Shown here one piece after another: positions 29,501 to 38,885 of a stretch of 64,000 nt of DNA (the stretch's first letter is position 1; each line of letters opens with the position of its first letter). The DNA is from Fidelibacterota bacterium (GTDB taxonomy: Bacteria; Fidelibacterota; UBA8477; JABMPR01): positions 9,497 through 73,496 of the forward strand of contig JABIFG010000058.1 of NCBI GenBank assembly GCA_018650795.1, written 5' to 3'. The notes beneath the pieces were generated by a model. The model was given only the letters and a program-made list of their open reading frames with translations, made no database searches and was not told where the DNA came from. Both the position numbers and the translations under genes were made by a program.

Positions 29501-31075
29501 CGTGGAGAGTTCATTTGGAATAGTCCAGGTATAGGTACCCAGGGTTGCATCCACACTGGCTGCTAATTCAGTCCAGGTAGTGCCATCGCTGGTATACTCA
29601 ATCTGTACATTGGAAATAAATCCAGAATCCCACGTAATTTCATAGTCTTCACCAACTTGCCATTCTTCGCCACCGTTTGGAGCAGTGAGCGTAACATAAG
29701 GAGATACAATTGAGAAGGTAGCATCTGACACATCAAAGGCTGTTGCATCTGCAGCATCTGAAATCTTTACCAAGCATGTGGGTGAATCAGCAACTGGTAG
29801 TGTCCAGGCGTAGGTCCCCAGAGTAGCATCCACAGAGGCAGCAATTTCAACCCATGTGGCACCGTCATCTGTCGTATAATCCAATTTGACATTTGTAACA
29901 TTGTCGGTTACCCAGGTGATATCATGACTTGTGCCCTGCAACCAGATTTCTCCACCGTTGGGTGCCCCAACGACGATAACGGCTGCACCGTCAGCTCCGT
30001 ATTCAAAAGCACCAATATCAAAAGGAGTCAGGCGAGCATAGCCGCGTGCATCATTCAGAGGGATATCTATACTATTAATAGCGGTTGCATCACCAGCATC
30101 AATGGCAACTGATCCCGGATTCAAAGCTATAGTTGGCACACCAAGAGTAGTATTGTTAGCCGCTACATCCGAAGCCAAATTTAATGCTGAAATATCATAG
30201 ATATTATTCGTTCCGAGCAAAGTACCCGATATTCCGACAGTGTCGCCGACAACGTTATAGTCGCCATCAATAGCCTGAGTCGCTGGATCAAAAAGTGAAA
30301 TATCATATGCTGAATTGTTGGCAATAATATTATTTTGTAAATAATAGGTGCCAGTATTCCCTGAATTATTGGGACGCATGACGATACCACCATCATTATC
30401 AACAATAGTACAGTTGATGATAGTCATCTTATACGTGTCCTTATTCCATAATTCGACAACACCTTCGAAACCGGTATTATTGGATATGGTACTATTCAGC
30501 ATCACGGCGCCATCTTTTTTTACGATACAAACCGCAGCACCAGTTTGAGCAGATTGGCCTTGGTTATAGTCTATGGTGCAATTATCAATCATTAGCCTGG
30601 ATCCAGCTCCACCGATTCCAGCCCCTTTTTTAGCATTCACCATTTTGTTTCTGGTAACATGCAGGTTTACTAGAAAGACATCGTCTTTTCCACTTGCGAT
30701 CTCAATTCCGGCACCATGGCTCGATCCATTTTTCTGAGCGTGCTGCACAGTCATGTCACGAATCACAACATTTGGTTCAGCATTTACTAAAAACACAGGA
30801 TCAGTATCTACACCTGTCTCAGTGGTAGGATCAACAGCCTGGGCCTGGACAATCGTCTGGTCTGCGCCCTGTCCCATAATCACTACTGCAGCGCCGACAG
30901 TAACTGTCTCGGTAAAAGTTCCTGCAGCAAGACTGACAGTATCACCTGCAGCTGCACCCAGAATTGCTGTATTAATACTTTCCCCTACAGCGACGTTATG
31001 AGTTATTGCCTGACCCAGACTACAAAAAACAGTCATTGCCAGAATCAAACTAAAAATGGTTAGCTTTCTAAACAT
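26573..31075 (-). CDS. giant (1500 aa) secreted multidomain protein: N-terminal beta-helix, three tandem ~55-aa beta-sandwich repeats, second beta-helix region, cadherin/Ig-like repeats, type-A T9SS CTD
   Basis: Signal MFRKLTIFSLILAMTVFCSLGQA. Beta-helix rungs NCTIDYNQG.../NNTGFEG.../NCTIVDNDGG. Repeats GGEIWLQGTSHDITWVTDNVTNVKLDYTTDDGATWVEIAASVDATLGTYAWTLP (three copies). VNAVNDAPT and VTDNVVTLQFLPDANGSTEIVFTASN are cadherin-like. CTD ENNYPNPFNPATTLSYGL...GMYIYRIQ...RKMILLK. Strong SD AAGGAGAGAGCACC-ATG. Confidence 0.75.
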   Translation of the reverse strand: MFRKLTIFSLILAMTVFCSLGQAITHNVAVGESINTAILGAAAGDTVSLAAGTFTETVTVGAAVVIMGQGADQTIVQAQAVDPTTETGVDTDPVFLVNAEPNVVIRDMTVQHAQKNGSSHGAGIEIASGKDDVFLVNLHVTRNKMVNAKKGAGIGGAGSRLMIDNCTIDYNQGQSAQTGAAVCIVKKDGAVMLNSTISNNTGFEGVVELWNKDTYKMTIINCTIVDNDGGIVMRPNNSGNTGTYYLQNNIIANNSAYDISLFDPATQAIDGDYNVVGDTVGISGTLLGTNNIYDISALNLASDVAANNTTLGVPTIALNPGSVAIDAGDATAINSIDIPLNDARGYARLTPFDIGAFEYGADGAAVIVVGAPNGGEIWLQGTSHDITWVTDNVTNVKLDYTTDDGATWVEIAASVDATLGTYAWTLPVADSPTCLVKISDAADATAFDVSDATFSIVSPYVTLTAPNGGEEWQVGEDYEITWDSGFISNVQIEYTSDGTTWTELAASVDATLGTYTWTIPNELSTLCSVRLTVVEDGAVSDVSDAAFSIVLPVISIADARLDSDANLVPDKLGDLVHVMGIVTSPDYGGYYRAYHIQDATAGIVLHADGTDLVLNIGDEVEVFGEVSQYNGLTQLEVTAASVSVLSTENARVPTLITLDLLGEANEGSFIKVDDVYLVDPSTWPTDGNSASVDLTDGTNTVTLRIDSDTDLDGWYPPQVLMDLKGVVTQYDSSDPRDDGYQIMGTLRYDMVDMGPGGNEIEVAAGMYAISNAIATANARDIIVLTTDGGMYTDTTFIVDKPITIKAADGLTEKPVIEFAYGQGDITENLIRAWADISLQGLVFGQEDLAMATDTIGVFVVYSDTLMDYGQPGINNLVVDNCDFRNGEKAVRQEFLESTSDGSSLDTLSITNSKFSNLLFARPLDFMGDANNPSDVDTIPAASVILIEDCTFSNLILPIRISNYDDGSDPSIVTINHCTFYSIANNHTIKLFGSEAGTFVGNNIFSNVQRWNVTKNTAEPIDAYPDSLYYSGWFNFDSRNNDKVPASTNCIGVADPMFADVAASDFRLASTSAYVGAASDGDNIGDRNWGTFVPNTAPVITDIPAQFTGEDTILVVPIIAVDAEEDALTYSATSDEANVVPSFLVDAMLTLTPAANWSGTANIDVVVSDGLLDATTSFVLVVGPVDDLPVVINPIADVMVDEDAADLLLVDLDTVFIDIDQELIYSHVIGDESLVFASVTDNVVTLQFLPDANGSTEIVFTASNPTTRATVSDTMMVTVNAVNDAPTDFALNTPADATTVTITSTTLGDTLWFTWSDLIDVDGDELEITLEGSDDLGFLANDLILEGSSMAYITYAALADALPDDGTAAGSWTMSISDGVADPVSASNGPFTLTVDATAVGLHAEGIIPDDYVLENNYPNPFNPATTLSYGLPEASQVVLSIYDLKGRLVSTLVNESRDAGYHTAIWNGTDQNGRPVGAGMYIYRIQAGSYGQARKMILLK

Positions 31076-31147
31076 GGTGCTCTCTCCTTCGAATTAAATT
31101 CTTGAACAGATACTATAAAATGTTGCTACATATAATTAATGGTAATA

Positions 31148-31165
31148 GTATACTAATTATACCCA
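31148..31165. promoter_or_regulatory. GTATA-N5-TATAC palindrome about 80 bp upstream of the 1500-aa gene
   Basis: agtatactaattataccc in the 290-bp AT-rich leader region 31076-31362. Confidence 0.3.
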
Positions 31166-31362
31166 CCCAGACAAATACTATTCTACTTTTTTCCTCCCCG
31201 AAAAGCCTTTTGTTATAGGGTTAGGCTAATGTATGTTGAAAAACTGGGTGGAAATAGTGGAAATTTATTGATGATAATTTTTATCAACTTATGAACTGTT
31301 TTCCCCAGTTTCACCGTCCATACCTTAGATACTCTCATTGAGTTCTATTGTCATTAAATGCG

Positions 31363-31698
31363 TTACAAACTTATACCAAAGTACTGCAACACCAACTGGT
31401 CTAATCCCGTATTCTCAAGCGCATGCCGTTCCCCTGCCTCAACAACCACGGTTATACCCGTCATGAGATCGTAATGACTGCCCTCTATGGTGATAACTCC
31501 AGATCCACTCTGCACAATGAATATCTCAATCAGGTCCTTATGAACATGCTCCTCCACCTTTTCACCTGGGGGATATGCCGATTGTGCCAGGGTAGAAATA
31601 TTCCCGATCTCATGATATTTCAATATGACCTGCTTCTTAATTCTTGGATTGTGAGAAACAGAATCTTGAGGCAATTCTTTAAGATTAACAAGCTTCAT
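31363..31698 (-). CDS. cupin-domain protein
   Basis: 111 aa; GEKVEEHVHKD...EIFIVQSGSGVITIEG...VVVEAGERHALENTG is the two-motif cupin_2 signature. Confidence 0.7.
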   Translation of the reverse strand: MKLVNLKELPQDSVSHNPRIKKQVILKYHEIGNISTLAQSAYPPGEKVEEHVHKDLIEIFIVQSGSGVITIEGSHYDLMTGITVVVEAGERHALENTGLDQLVLQYFGISL

Positions 31699-31713
31699 AT
31701 TATTTATGCCTGG

Positions 31714-33222
31714 TTATCCCTCGTCATAAAACTGATAGTCCCGGTGATTGTGCAGGTGCTTCCTGGCATATTTTTCATTGGAGAAATACTTCCAGACTTT
31801 CTTGCCCTTTTTAGTTTTGAAAAATGGATCGGCTGCCTGTATCGGTGGATACTGTTCCAGAACCTTCTCAAAATATTTTCTGGCTTTCAATACATCAGGA
31901 TCGGAGGAATCCGACACATTTTTATATCCATGTCCGTCTCTACTATCCCCACAATCGTAAAAACGCCCCTGTGGCATATCCAGAATTGGATTCAGGGCTT
32001 CAAGCAAATAACGTCTGGTACGCATGAGCTGCGTTGTGCCAACTGCACTATAAATCCAGTCCCTGTGCGCGTCTGAATCACCATTAAAAAATGGTTTCAG
32101 GCTCTTGCCGTCGACTTCATAGCCACGGGGTAAGTCACCACCAGCATATTCAACCACCGTTGGCAGGATGTCTGAGAGATCTGTCATTTCTGCAGTGAGT
32201 CCACGCTGTTTCACCGGACCACCAAAGGCTACAAAAGGAACGCGACAGCCCCTCTCAACTCCTCGAGATTTTGCGGTGGAACCTGTTCCATTGTCTGAAC
32301 AATAAATAATGATGGTGTTATCAAGAATATCCAGATCTTCCGCTTTTTTGATAATTTGCCCAACCAAAACATCGATATACTCATTCATAGCGGCAAAACG
32401 AGCCTGTTTCTCGCCTGATTCCAATCCGCCACCGATTTCACCCTGTTTACCGCGCAGCGGTGTGGTGGCTGGTCCCTTTCGAGTACCATGTGGTGCGACC
32501 ATGGGGTAGTATGCCAAGAAAGGTCCCTTTTTATTTCTCTCCATAAAATCACAAACAAAATCTGTAAATATCTGTGGTCCATAATCATCAGGTTTGGTAT
32601 CTAGCAATTTATGATTCTGGATAATCCCGGGGTGCCAATAGCGAGCAGTCGTAGCTTCATCTTCCCAGGCGCCTTTGTGTTTGGGTGATCCCTGTAGCTT
32701 TTTGATTTCACCTTTTGATTCCCAGAGGCAGTATTCTTCAAATCCACCCGTTTCAGAGTAGGGTGTACCTCTACCAAGATGCCATTTCCCTGCAATAGCC
32801 GTGGCATATCCAGCCTGTTTGGCCAGTTTCCCAAAACTATGATGATGGGCATGCAGATCTTCACTATTTTTTGCAACAGGATATTTGAAATTATTATGAT
32901 AAAATCCGGTACGATTCGCATATCGGCCTGTCATGATCATCGCTCGTGTCGGGCTACAAATGGCGCTGGACCAGGCGGTATCAAACTGAACTCCCTCCCT
33001 GGCTATTCTATCGATATGGGGAGTTTTTACCTCGCTATTTCCATAACAACCATACAGATCGGGACTCACGTCATCTGACATGATCAGAACAATATTCGGA
33101 CGATCCCCCGATTTGCTTTTCTTACCAAAGATTCCTGAATGTGCTAGTTGTGGTAGCGATATAGCAGCAAGTCCAACACCTGCTTTGCTTAAGAATTGAC
33201 GTCTATTCAGGTTATTTGTCAT
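31714..33222 (-). CDS. S1-family sulfatase, Tat-secreted
   Basis: NRRQFLSKAGVGLAA; MSDDVSPD...CSPTRAMIMTGRYANRTG. Confidence 0.9.
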   Translation of the reverse strand: MTNNLNRRQFLSKAGVGLAAISLPQLAHSGIFGKKSKSGDRPNIVLIMSDDVSPDLYGCYGNSEVKTPHIDRIAREGVQFDTAWSSAICSPTRAMIMTGRYANRTGFYHNNFKYPVAKNSEDLHAHHHSFGKLAKQAGYATAIAGKWHLGRGTPYSETGGFEEYCLWESKGEIKKLQGSPKHKGAWEDEATTARYWHPGIIQNHKLLDTKPDDYGPQIFTDFVCDFMERNKKGPFLAYYPMVAPHGTRKGPATTPLRGKQGEIGGGLESGEKQARFAAMNEYIDVLVGQIIKKAEDLDILDNTIIIYCSDNGTGSTAKSRGVERGCRVPFVAFGGPVKQRGLTAEMTDLSDILPTVVEYAGGDLPRGYEVDGKSLKPFFNGDSDAHRDWIYSAVGTTQLMRTRRYLLEALNPILDMPQGRFYDCGDSRDGHGYKNVSDSSDPDVLKARKYFEKVLEQYPPIQAADPFFKTKKGKKVWKYFSNEKYARKHLHNHRDYQFYDEG

Positions 33223-33255
33223 AAATCTTGCCCCATCATTAAAACCTATTTTTCA

Positions 33256-35400
33256 CTATTTGACCAATAAACACTTTTTGACCAATGTTCTCGACCGCGA
33301 TCGAAGCTGAATCATATACACTCCAGAACTAATATTCTGTGGATTCCAGCGAATTGAGTGTTCTCCTTTGGTGTAAGATTGATTAATTAACTCTGCAACA
33401 TGTTGTCCGCTTAGTGAGTAAACATTCAATCTAATTCTATCCACCTCACCTAGTCTGAATTTGATCAGCGTGGTTCCATTAAAAGGATTTGGGAAATTCT
33501 GCTCCAGTGAAAAATCGTGGGGTGAATTTATATTGGTACCCCTCGAATCAATAGCGACTGGGAAAGTCTGCGGCTCCCAGGAAATACCAGCCGTCCAATG
33601 CTCTCCACCATATTCATAAGCCCCCAGGTCAGGAGCCTCCCCTAGATAGCCATCGGTAATTCCTACGATCTCAAGACCAGCATCGATAAAAGGAGAATCC
33701 TCAATGGGTCGAAAATCATAATTCTCAGGATCAACCAAATAGTCTTCAACAGAATCCTCTGTGATCCAGCCATTCCAGTTATGATCATAGATTCCAGGAA
33801 CAGGATAGGCGTCATAATTACTTGAACGATGTCCCGAAATTTTATCTGCAGCATTATTACGCGTAATGGTGCCCTCATTGCCACCCAGATCAATGAGAAC
33901 AATGATTCCAGTATTTGAGGTGTTAAAGCAAGTATTGTTCAGAACACGATGATCATGTCCTTTGAGCATATGTCCTGACTTTATATCCCAGGATACATTA
34001 TGATGCATGGTGCCACTGTGGCCGTCGCCATCTCCATCAAAGCGAATCCCATACTTTGGACTATCGTGAACCCAATTGTAAGCTGTTTCTGAATCGATCT
34101 GCTGATTTTCCATATAATGAATGATGGCACCATCACTCTGCAGATAACCTGTATCATACATGTCATTGTACTCAACCAGGGCCATATTACCGGGATTAAG
34201 TCCGGATGAGGCACCCGTTTTGTGAACAGTGTTTTGGCGAAAAATATTATCATTGCCGCCCATCTTTAAAGTAGTCATGACCGAGGACAAGTCGGTAACG
34301 GTGTAGTCGATATGGTAAAAGTAGCAATCCTGGATGGTGTTATTCCCACCATCGGTTTCAATTGCACTTCCATCCGTGTATTGGAAGGAACAGCGTTTCA
34401 CTATGCAATCACTGCTACTGTTAATGCGGGACATTTCAGGTTCTACCCCAGTCACACCCAACATTCGCTTATAGCAGCTGGGATACATAAAATTGCAACT
34501 ATCCACTTCAGAATAGTTGGAATTATGAATATTGAAGGTCGTCCCAAAAAAATTGAGACCTTTAATTTTAAAGACATTGGAATTGCTCACATCAAAAAAA
34601 TAGGACTGGGTTTTCCCACGAATATTCAAGCCCGTCGGATTCGCATTTTCTGGAGCCCAAAAATAGAGTTCCATAGATTCATGATCATAGAACCACTCCC
34701 CTGGCTGATCAAGAAATTCCAGCTTATTCTCAAAAAAGTAATAATGATGTTTTGTACGATAGGCAGATTCAGGTATAGGGTCGAAGCTGAAGGAATTACT
34801 CCCCTGAGTATGACCGGTAACTTCTTTGGTGTAAGAACGAAACGATCCGGTATTAAGAATAGCGAGTGCTCCTTCCACGCTGAATATAAGATCAGCCAAC
34901 ACTATATCACCATGCGGGTCATCCACTTCGGCCCCATTGGTACTCGCATTCTCATCTCCATGTGCCCAATTCTCCTCCTGGTTCCAGATCGTTCCATCAT
35001 CAAAACGGGCATTGGGCCACCGGGCCATGATCATTTCATTCTGATCGACAAAGAGTTGCCAGATATCTTCATTCAGGGTTGTTTTGTAAATCGATCCCTG
35101 ATGAATGGTCCAGGTAGAGTTTATTGGGGCGGTCCCATCAAGAATTACAATCTCATCTTGATAAGGACGAAATGTGAGTTGTGGTTTACCGGACACCACA
35201 ACCTCTTCATGGTAGGTACCTCCACGAATGATACATACATCCCCAAATTGCATTGAATTGGCAGCGAATTGTATCGAAGCATAAGGTGCCTCAAGCGTAC
35301 CAGAATTTGTGTTGGAGCCTGATGGTGCAACAAAGTATTCTGTAGCATTCAAACATGAGAGTCCCAACAGACAGGGTATTATGTAATCAAGAATTCTCAT
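33256..35400 (-). CDS. DUF1565-like right-handed beta-helix protein with a type-A T9SS CTD (paralog family A)
   Basis: TEYFVAPSGSNTNSGTLEAPYASIQFAANSM; DIWQLFVDQNEMIMARWPN; CTD LEQNFPNPFNGTTLIKF...GVYMIQL...KKCLLVK. Confidence 0.7.
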   Translation of the reverse strand: MRILDYIIPCLLGLSCLNATEYFVAPSGSNTNSGTLEAPYASIQFAANSMQFGDVCIIRGGTYHEEVVVSGKPQLTFRPYQDEIVILDGTAPINSTWTIHQGSIYKTTLNEDIWQLFVDQNEMIMARWPNARFDDGTIWNQEENWAHGDENASTNGAEVDDPHGDIVLADLIFSVEGALAILNTGSFRSYTKEVTGHTQGSNSFSFDPIPESAYRTKHHYYFFENKLEFLDQPGEWFYDHESMELYFWAPENANPTGLNIRGKTQSYFFDVSNSNVFKIKGLNFFGTTFNIHNSNYSEVDSCNFMYPSCYKRMLGVTGVEPEMSRINSSSDCIVKRCSFQYTDGSAIETDGGNNTIQDCYFYHIDYTVTDLSSVMTTLKMGGNDNIFRQNTVHKTGASSGLNPGNMALVEYNDMYDTGYLQSDGAIIHYMENQQIDSETAYNWVHDSPKYGIRFDGDGDGHSGTMHHNVSWDIKSGHMLKGHDHRVLNNTCFNTSNTGIIVLIDLGGNEGTITRNNAADKISGHRSSNYDAYPVPGIYDHNWNGWITEDSVEDYLVDPENYDFRPIEDSPFIDAGLEIVGITDGYLGEAPDLGAYEYGGEHWTAGISWEPQTFPVAIDSRGTNINSPHDFSLEQNFPNPFNGTTLIKFRLGEVDRIRLNVYSLSGQHVAELINQSYTKGEHSIRWNPQNISSGVYMIQLRSRSRTLVKKCLLVK

Positions 35401-35447
35401 TTTCTCAAGTCCCTGGATTTCCTGGTACGCTGCTATTAATCATCGAT

Positions 35448-36932
35448 TTACTTTAAGTATACCAGTTTTTGACTGAGTGTCTGCGTACCTACCCGCAGTC
35501 GATAGAAATACATGCCAGTAGAAACATTGTCTGGAACAAACATAACTTCATGATACCCAGCGTCCATTGAAGCATTCACCAATGTTTCGATATGTTTTCC
35601 ACTCATATCAAATACGGCTAGTTCCACTCTGGTATTCTCATACAATTCAAACGGGATAATTGTGGATGGATTGAAAGGATTGGGATAATTGGTCAGCAGC
35701 CTGAAACTCTCAGGAATTGTGTGACTTTGATCAACAGCCGATGGATCCCCCATGGACTTAAATCGCACCCCATCTACATAGGCCGTGGCATCTCCATCGT
35801 AGCCATCATCCGTGATGAATCGGATTTTAATACTGGCGAACGTTGCTCCTTCAGGAGCTGTTTGTAGTCCAGTGGATATGGTTTGCCAGATGGGTAAATC
35901 ACTGGTGAAGGATGTATTTAGGGCGGATCCAACAGTCACCGAATCAATATCATCCCAGCGCAACAACATTTTTATCTTTACGCCAGGATCGCTGTCATAA
36001 AACCAACTTGAGAATTCGTACTCCTCACCAACAACTACGGGTATGAAGTTTTGATTCATTTCACGATTACCATCATTTGAGGTCCAATTTGCAACGGCCG
36101 AGAACTCACCTTCCAGCACTTGTTCGGATTCTTTGGAAATTGTAAAGGCTTCAGAATTGTTTATCGCCCAGAAATCGGGAGGTCCAGTGTCGCCTGAATC
36201 AGCCCAGGTCTCAAACCCGCCATTTTGCTCGATGAAGGTGCAGGTGTAGAAACAACTCCCATCATCTTCTGTTGCACGCGGATCATAATTACATGCTGTT
36301 ACATCAGTACAACCGGGAATCCCTGTTGCGCCGGGGATGATCACAGAGGCTTTATCGACATGGACATATCCAGTTCCCGTCCAGGAGGAATCAACATCTA
36401 CCGTCCTGATTTTAAATTGGATATTGGTGGCACAATCTGGTGCAGCCAATACTCCTGAGGTTATTTCCTGCCATTCCAGGGAGTCTCGACTGGCGGGGGA
36501 ATTATAGGCACTCCCAGCACAATCATTACCATCAGCATCAAACCATTTGAGGAGAAATTTGGTAAACATGGTTGAATCCGTATCCAGAGCCCACATGGAG
36601 AATATATATTCCTGACCACCGGTAATAGGGATATCATCCTGAATCAATTCACCATTTGCTGTATTAAAATAGTCCAGCCGAATACTGTAATCACCTTCAT
36701 AGACGAGCTCCGTCTCTTGACTGGCGCTCACGCGTGCTGTATTGTTAATTCTCCAATAGTCCGGTGGTCCATTCACCCCACTTATATCCCAGGATTCAAA
36801 GCTATTGTTGAGTAGTAGTTCTGCTTGACTCAATGCCAAAACTGGCAAAATCAGCGATAAACATAATGCACTCAGGTTTAGGTGTAATTTTGTCTTCATA
36901 GTTCCTCCTGAATATTTGCTTGAATCAATCAA
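35448..36932 (-). CDS. secreted protein with two tandem CBM4/9-like carbohydrate-binding modules and a type-A T9SS CTD
   Basis: Two ~200-aa repeats starting NNSFESWD...GPPDYWRINN and QNGGFETWADSGDTGPPDFWAINN (NGGFE is the CBM4/9 hallmark). CTD LLTNYPNPFNPSTIIPF...GMYFYRL...QKLVYLK. The same module type is at the C-terminus of the 58065-59867 product. Confidence 0.6.
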   Translation of the reverse strand: MIDSSKYSGGTMKTKLHLNLSALCLSLILPVLALSQAELLLNNSFESWDISGVNGPPDYWRINNTARVSASQETELVYEGDYSIRLDYFNTANGELIQDDIPITGGQEYIFSMWALDTDSTMFTKFLLKWFDADGNDCAGSAYNSPASRDSLEWQEITSGVLAAPDCATNIQFKIRTVDVDSSWTGTGYVHVDKASVIIPGATGIPGCTDVTACNYDPRATEDDGSCFYTCTFIEQNGGFETWADSGDTGPPDFWAINNSEAFTISKESEQVLEGEFSAVANWTSNDGNREMNQNFIPVVVGEEYEFSSWFYDSDPGVKIKMLLRWDDIDSVTVGSALNTSFTSDLPIWQTISTGLQTAPEGATFASIKIRFITDDGYDGDATAYVDGVRFKSMGDPSAVDQSHTIPESFRLLTNYPNPFNPSTIIPFELYENTRVELAVFDMSGKHIETLVNASMDAGYHEVMFVPDNVSTGMYFYRLRVGTQTLSQKLVYLK

Positions 36933-36959
36933 ACAGGTCTTAAGATAAAACGTTGGGGA

Positions 36960-37307
36960 TTAATCATTATGATAAACTTCTTCCATACGTGCCCATTGCT
37001 CACCCGTTTGTCGATTCCTGATGGGTATCTGGCAAGGATCGGTTAGCTGCCACCAGGCTTGATTTTCTGGTTCCTCGCTGAGGAGTTGCATATCTGCTGC
37101 AAAATCATTTCCTGAATATTCGAAATGGCTAAACAGATAGTATTTCCCATCATCCAATTGATGCAGATAGATTGTATAGTTATGAATATTGTATTTCGAT
37201 AGAAGGTGTCGGACGCCAGTATGAGAATCGGCGTGTAAGGATTTGTACTCTACGATCTTTTCCTCTCGCAGTTCGACAACTTTTCCATACCGTTCTCTAT
37301 TGGTCAT
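36960..37307 (-). CDS. rhaM: RhaM-family mutarotase (L-rhamnose mutarotase-like; plausibly 6-deoxyhexose/L-fucose mutarotase here)
   Basis: 115 aa. HNYTIYL...YYLFSHFEY...QAWWQLTDPCQ...MEEVYH aligns with the E. coli RhaM blocks HNYAIYL...LFATVEI...QRWWKYMTDVM...LQEVFYL. Confidence 0.65.
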   Translation of the reverse strand: MTNRERYGKVVELREEKIVEYKSLHADSHTGVRHLLSKYNIHNYTIYLHQLDDGKYYLFSHFEYSGNDFAADMQLLSEEPENQAWWQLTDPCQIPIRNRQTGEQWARMEEVYHND

Positions 37308-37335
37308 TGTTCGTCTCCAGTGCTTAAATGCTCAA

Positions 37336-38703
37336 TTAAATGTTGAATTTCCTGAGCCGATTAGCAAATATTCTTTTCATTCGATGACCTTTTGTCTGAC
37401 TCACTGAATACCCATTGTGGCTACTCGCATCGCTATAAGTAGATCCAACTGAGTTCGATGATCGTGACGTACTATCAGGAGACTCATTGAAATCCATCAC
37501 AGCTTCAACTAATAATACAGCATCCAGGACATCATATGAGAGATCTCGGTTCATATCAATAATCAGAAGTTCGTCTTCATTTGCGGGAATTCCTGATTGA
37601 GATACGATCTCCATCAACCGCTGCAAATCCAGAACATCTAATAGGCTATCCGCATTCACATCGCCGAAAAAAATGTGCTGACCCAGCAGGAATACTTTAG
37701 CTCCGGGATTGGCGTCACCAATAGCAATCGCCAGACCTGGTTCATACATATAGATATCCCTGATTGAGAATCCATAGATATCATTGCCGCCAAAACTTTC
37801 ATCCTCCCAGGTTTGCCCGCCATCGCTGCTTGAGTGTATTACTCCGTAGCCACTACTGGATACTGTAATCCCTCCAATCATAATATTGGAACTATCTGCA
37901 TAGCTCACTGCCTGATATTTTGCTGAATTATTTGGATCCAGGTTTAGATCGATGAAGTTTTGACCACCATTATGTGTCATCAAGGCAGTGCCATTGGTTC
38001 CCACAACAGTCCAGTTATTCACATCAAATGCATCAATATCCTGAAAGACGGGTGTACCGGCTGAGTGGATGAGGACACCCCAACTCTGACCGCCATTGGA
38101 TGTTGATACAAGAGCCCCCTTCTTCCCCGCTGCGATCCAATTATATTCATCGATAATTTCAAGCGCCATGGTGCTAGCATTATTGTGGATACTAGGAAGA
38201 ATGTCATTCAGAGCTGAATTCATTTCCCAGGTTTCACCTGTATTACGAGACGTAAAGAGCTTACCTTTTTTATCCATCACGATGGCGGTGCTATCATTCA
38301 ACCATCTGACCCGACGAATAGATTCAGGTGTATCGAAGCTGTTGTAGGTCCAGCTCGTCCCACCATCGAGGGTTCGCATGTTCATCACATTGGATCCACC
38401 AACAAAACCGGTGAACTGATCTCGAAAACTTGTTGTGACCATCGAAATACCATTGTCAGCGGCTGGACAGGTCAAAAGTTGCCATGACTGTCCATAATCC
38501 AGTGTTTTCAGGACACCACCTTCAGGAATTGAATTTAGAGCACCACCGACGGCAACGTAAGCCACACCATCTTCAAGTATAGAGATTTCATTCAATTTGA
38601 TAATGCTGTCATCGACAGAAACTTCATTCCATTGAGTAAAGCCTTGTGATAAAATCAAAAAGCCAAGTATAAGCCATTGGAAGTGAATATTTTTTTTCAT
38701 CAT
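37336..38703 (-). CDS. BNR/Ycf48-like beta-propeller protein with a C-terminal dockerin-like module (no T9SS CTD)
   Basis: Signal peptide. Six Asp-box/BNR-like repeats (TLDYGQSW, TLDGGTSW, SRNTGETW, STSNGGQSW, THNGGQNF, SSDGGQTW). Dockerin-like duplicated Ca-loop GDVNADSLLDVLDL...IDMNRDLSYDVLDAVLL (D-x-N-x-D-x3-D-x2-D twice). Ser-rich tail. Confidence 0.65.
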   Translation of the reverse strand: MMKKNIHFQWLILGFLILSQGFTQWNEVSVDDSIIKLNEISILEDGVAYVAVGGALNSIPEGGVLKTLDYGQSWQLLTCPAADNGISMVTTSFRDQFTGFVGGSNVMNMRTLDGGTSWTYNSFDTPESIRRVRWLNDSTAIVMDKKGKLFTSRNTGETWEMNSALNDILPSIHNNASTMALEIIDEYNWIAAGKKGALVSTSNGGQSWGVLIHSAGTPVFQDIDAFDVNNWTVVGTNGTALMTHNGGQNFIDLNLDPNNSAKYQAVSYADSSNIMIGGITVSSSGYGVIHSSSDGGQTWEDESFGGNDIYGFSIRDIYMYEPGLAIAIGDANPGAKVFLLGQHIFFGDVNADSLLDVLDLQRLMEIVSQSGIPANEDELLIIDMNRDLSYDVLDAVLLVEAVMDFNESPDSTSRSSNSVGSTYSDASSHNGYSVSQTKGHRMKRIFANRLRKFNI

Positions 38704-38810
38704 CCTGGATTCACAGTCCTATCATATTGTATATATAACACTAACAGAAGCAGTCCTATTTTTAATGTATTTATATAGTAACATCAATCTATTGTGTCTT
38801 TATGTATATT

Positions 38811-38820
38811 TAGTATACTA
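38811..38820. promoter_or_regulatory. 10-bp perfect palindrome TAGTATACTA inside the shared block TCAATCT..TATGTATATTTAGTATAC, about 110 bp upstream of the gene start
   Basis: The same block (tcaatct...tatgtatatttagtatac) recurs at 42716-42739 upstream of the paralog that starts at 42611. Confidence 0.35.
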
Positions 38821-38885
38821 TATATTTTAATCATTCCAAGGAATACCTAAACAGTTATTTAGTGACACCAGAAAGTGAGAATTGT

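Noticed and set aside
31423-32076. 217-aa plus-strand ORF spanning the cupin and sulfatase genes
   Set aside because: It lies antisense across two well-supported minus-strand genes and has no recognisable motifs or low-complexity composition. It is a shadow ORF.
34312-35256. 314-aa plus-strand ORF
   Set aside because: It lies entirely antisense within the beta-helix gene 33256-35400. Its translation is Ile/Phe-rich with no domain signature. It is a shadow ORF.
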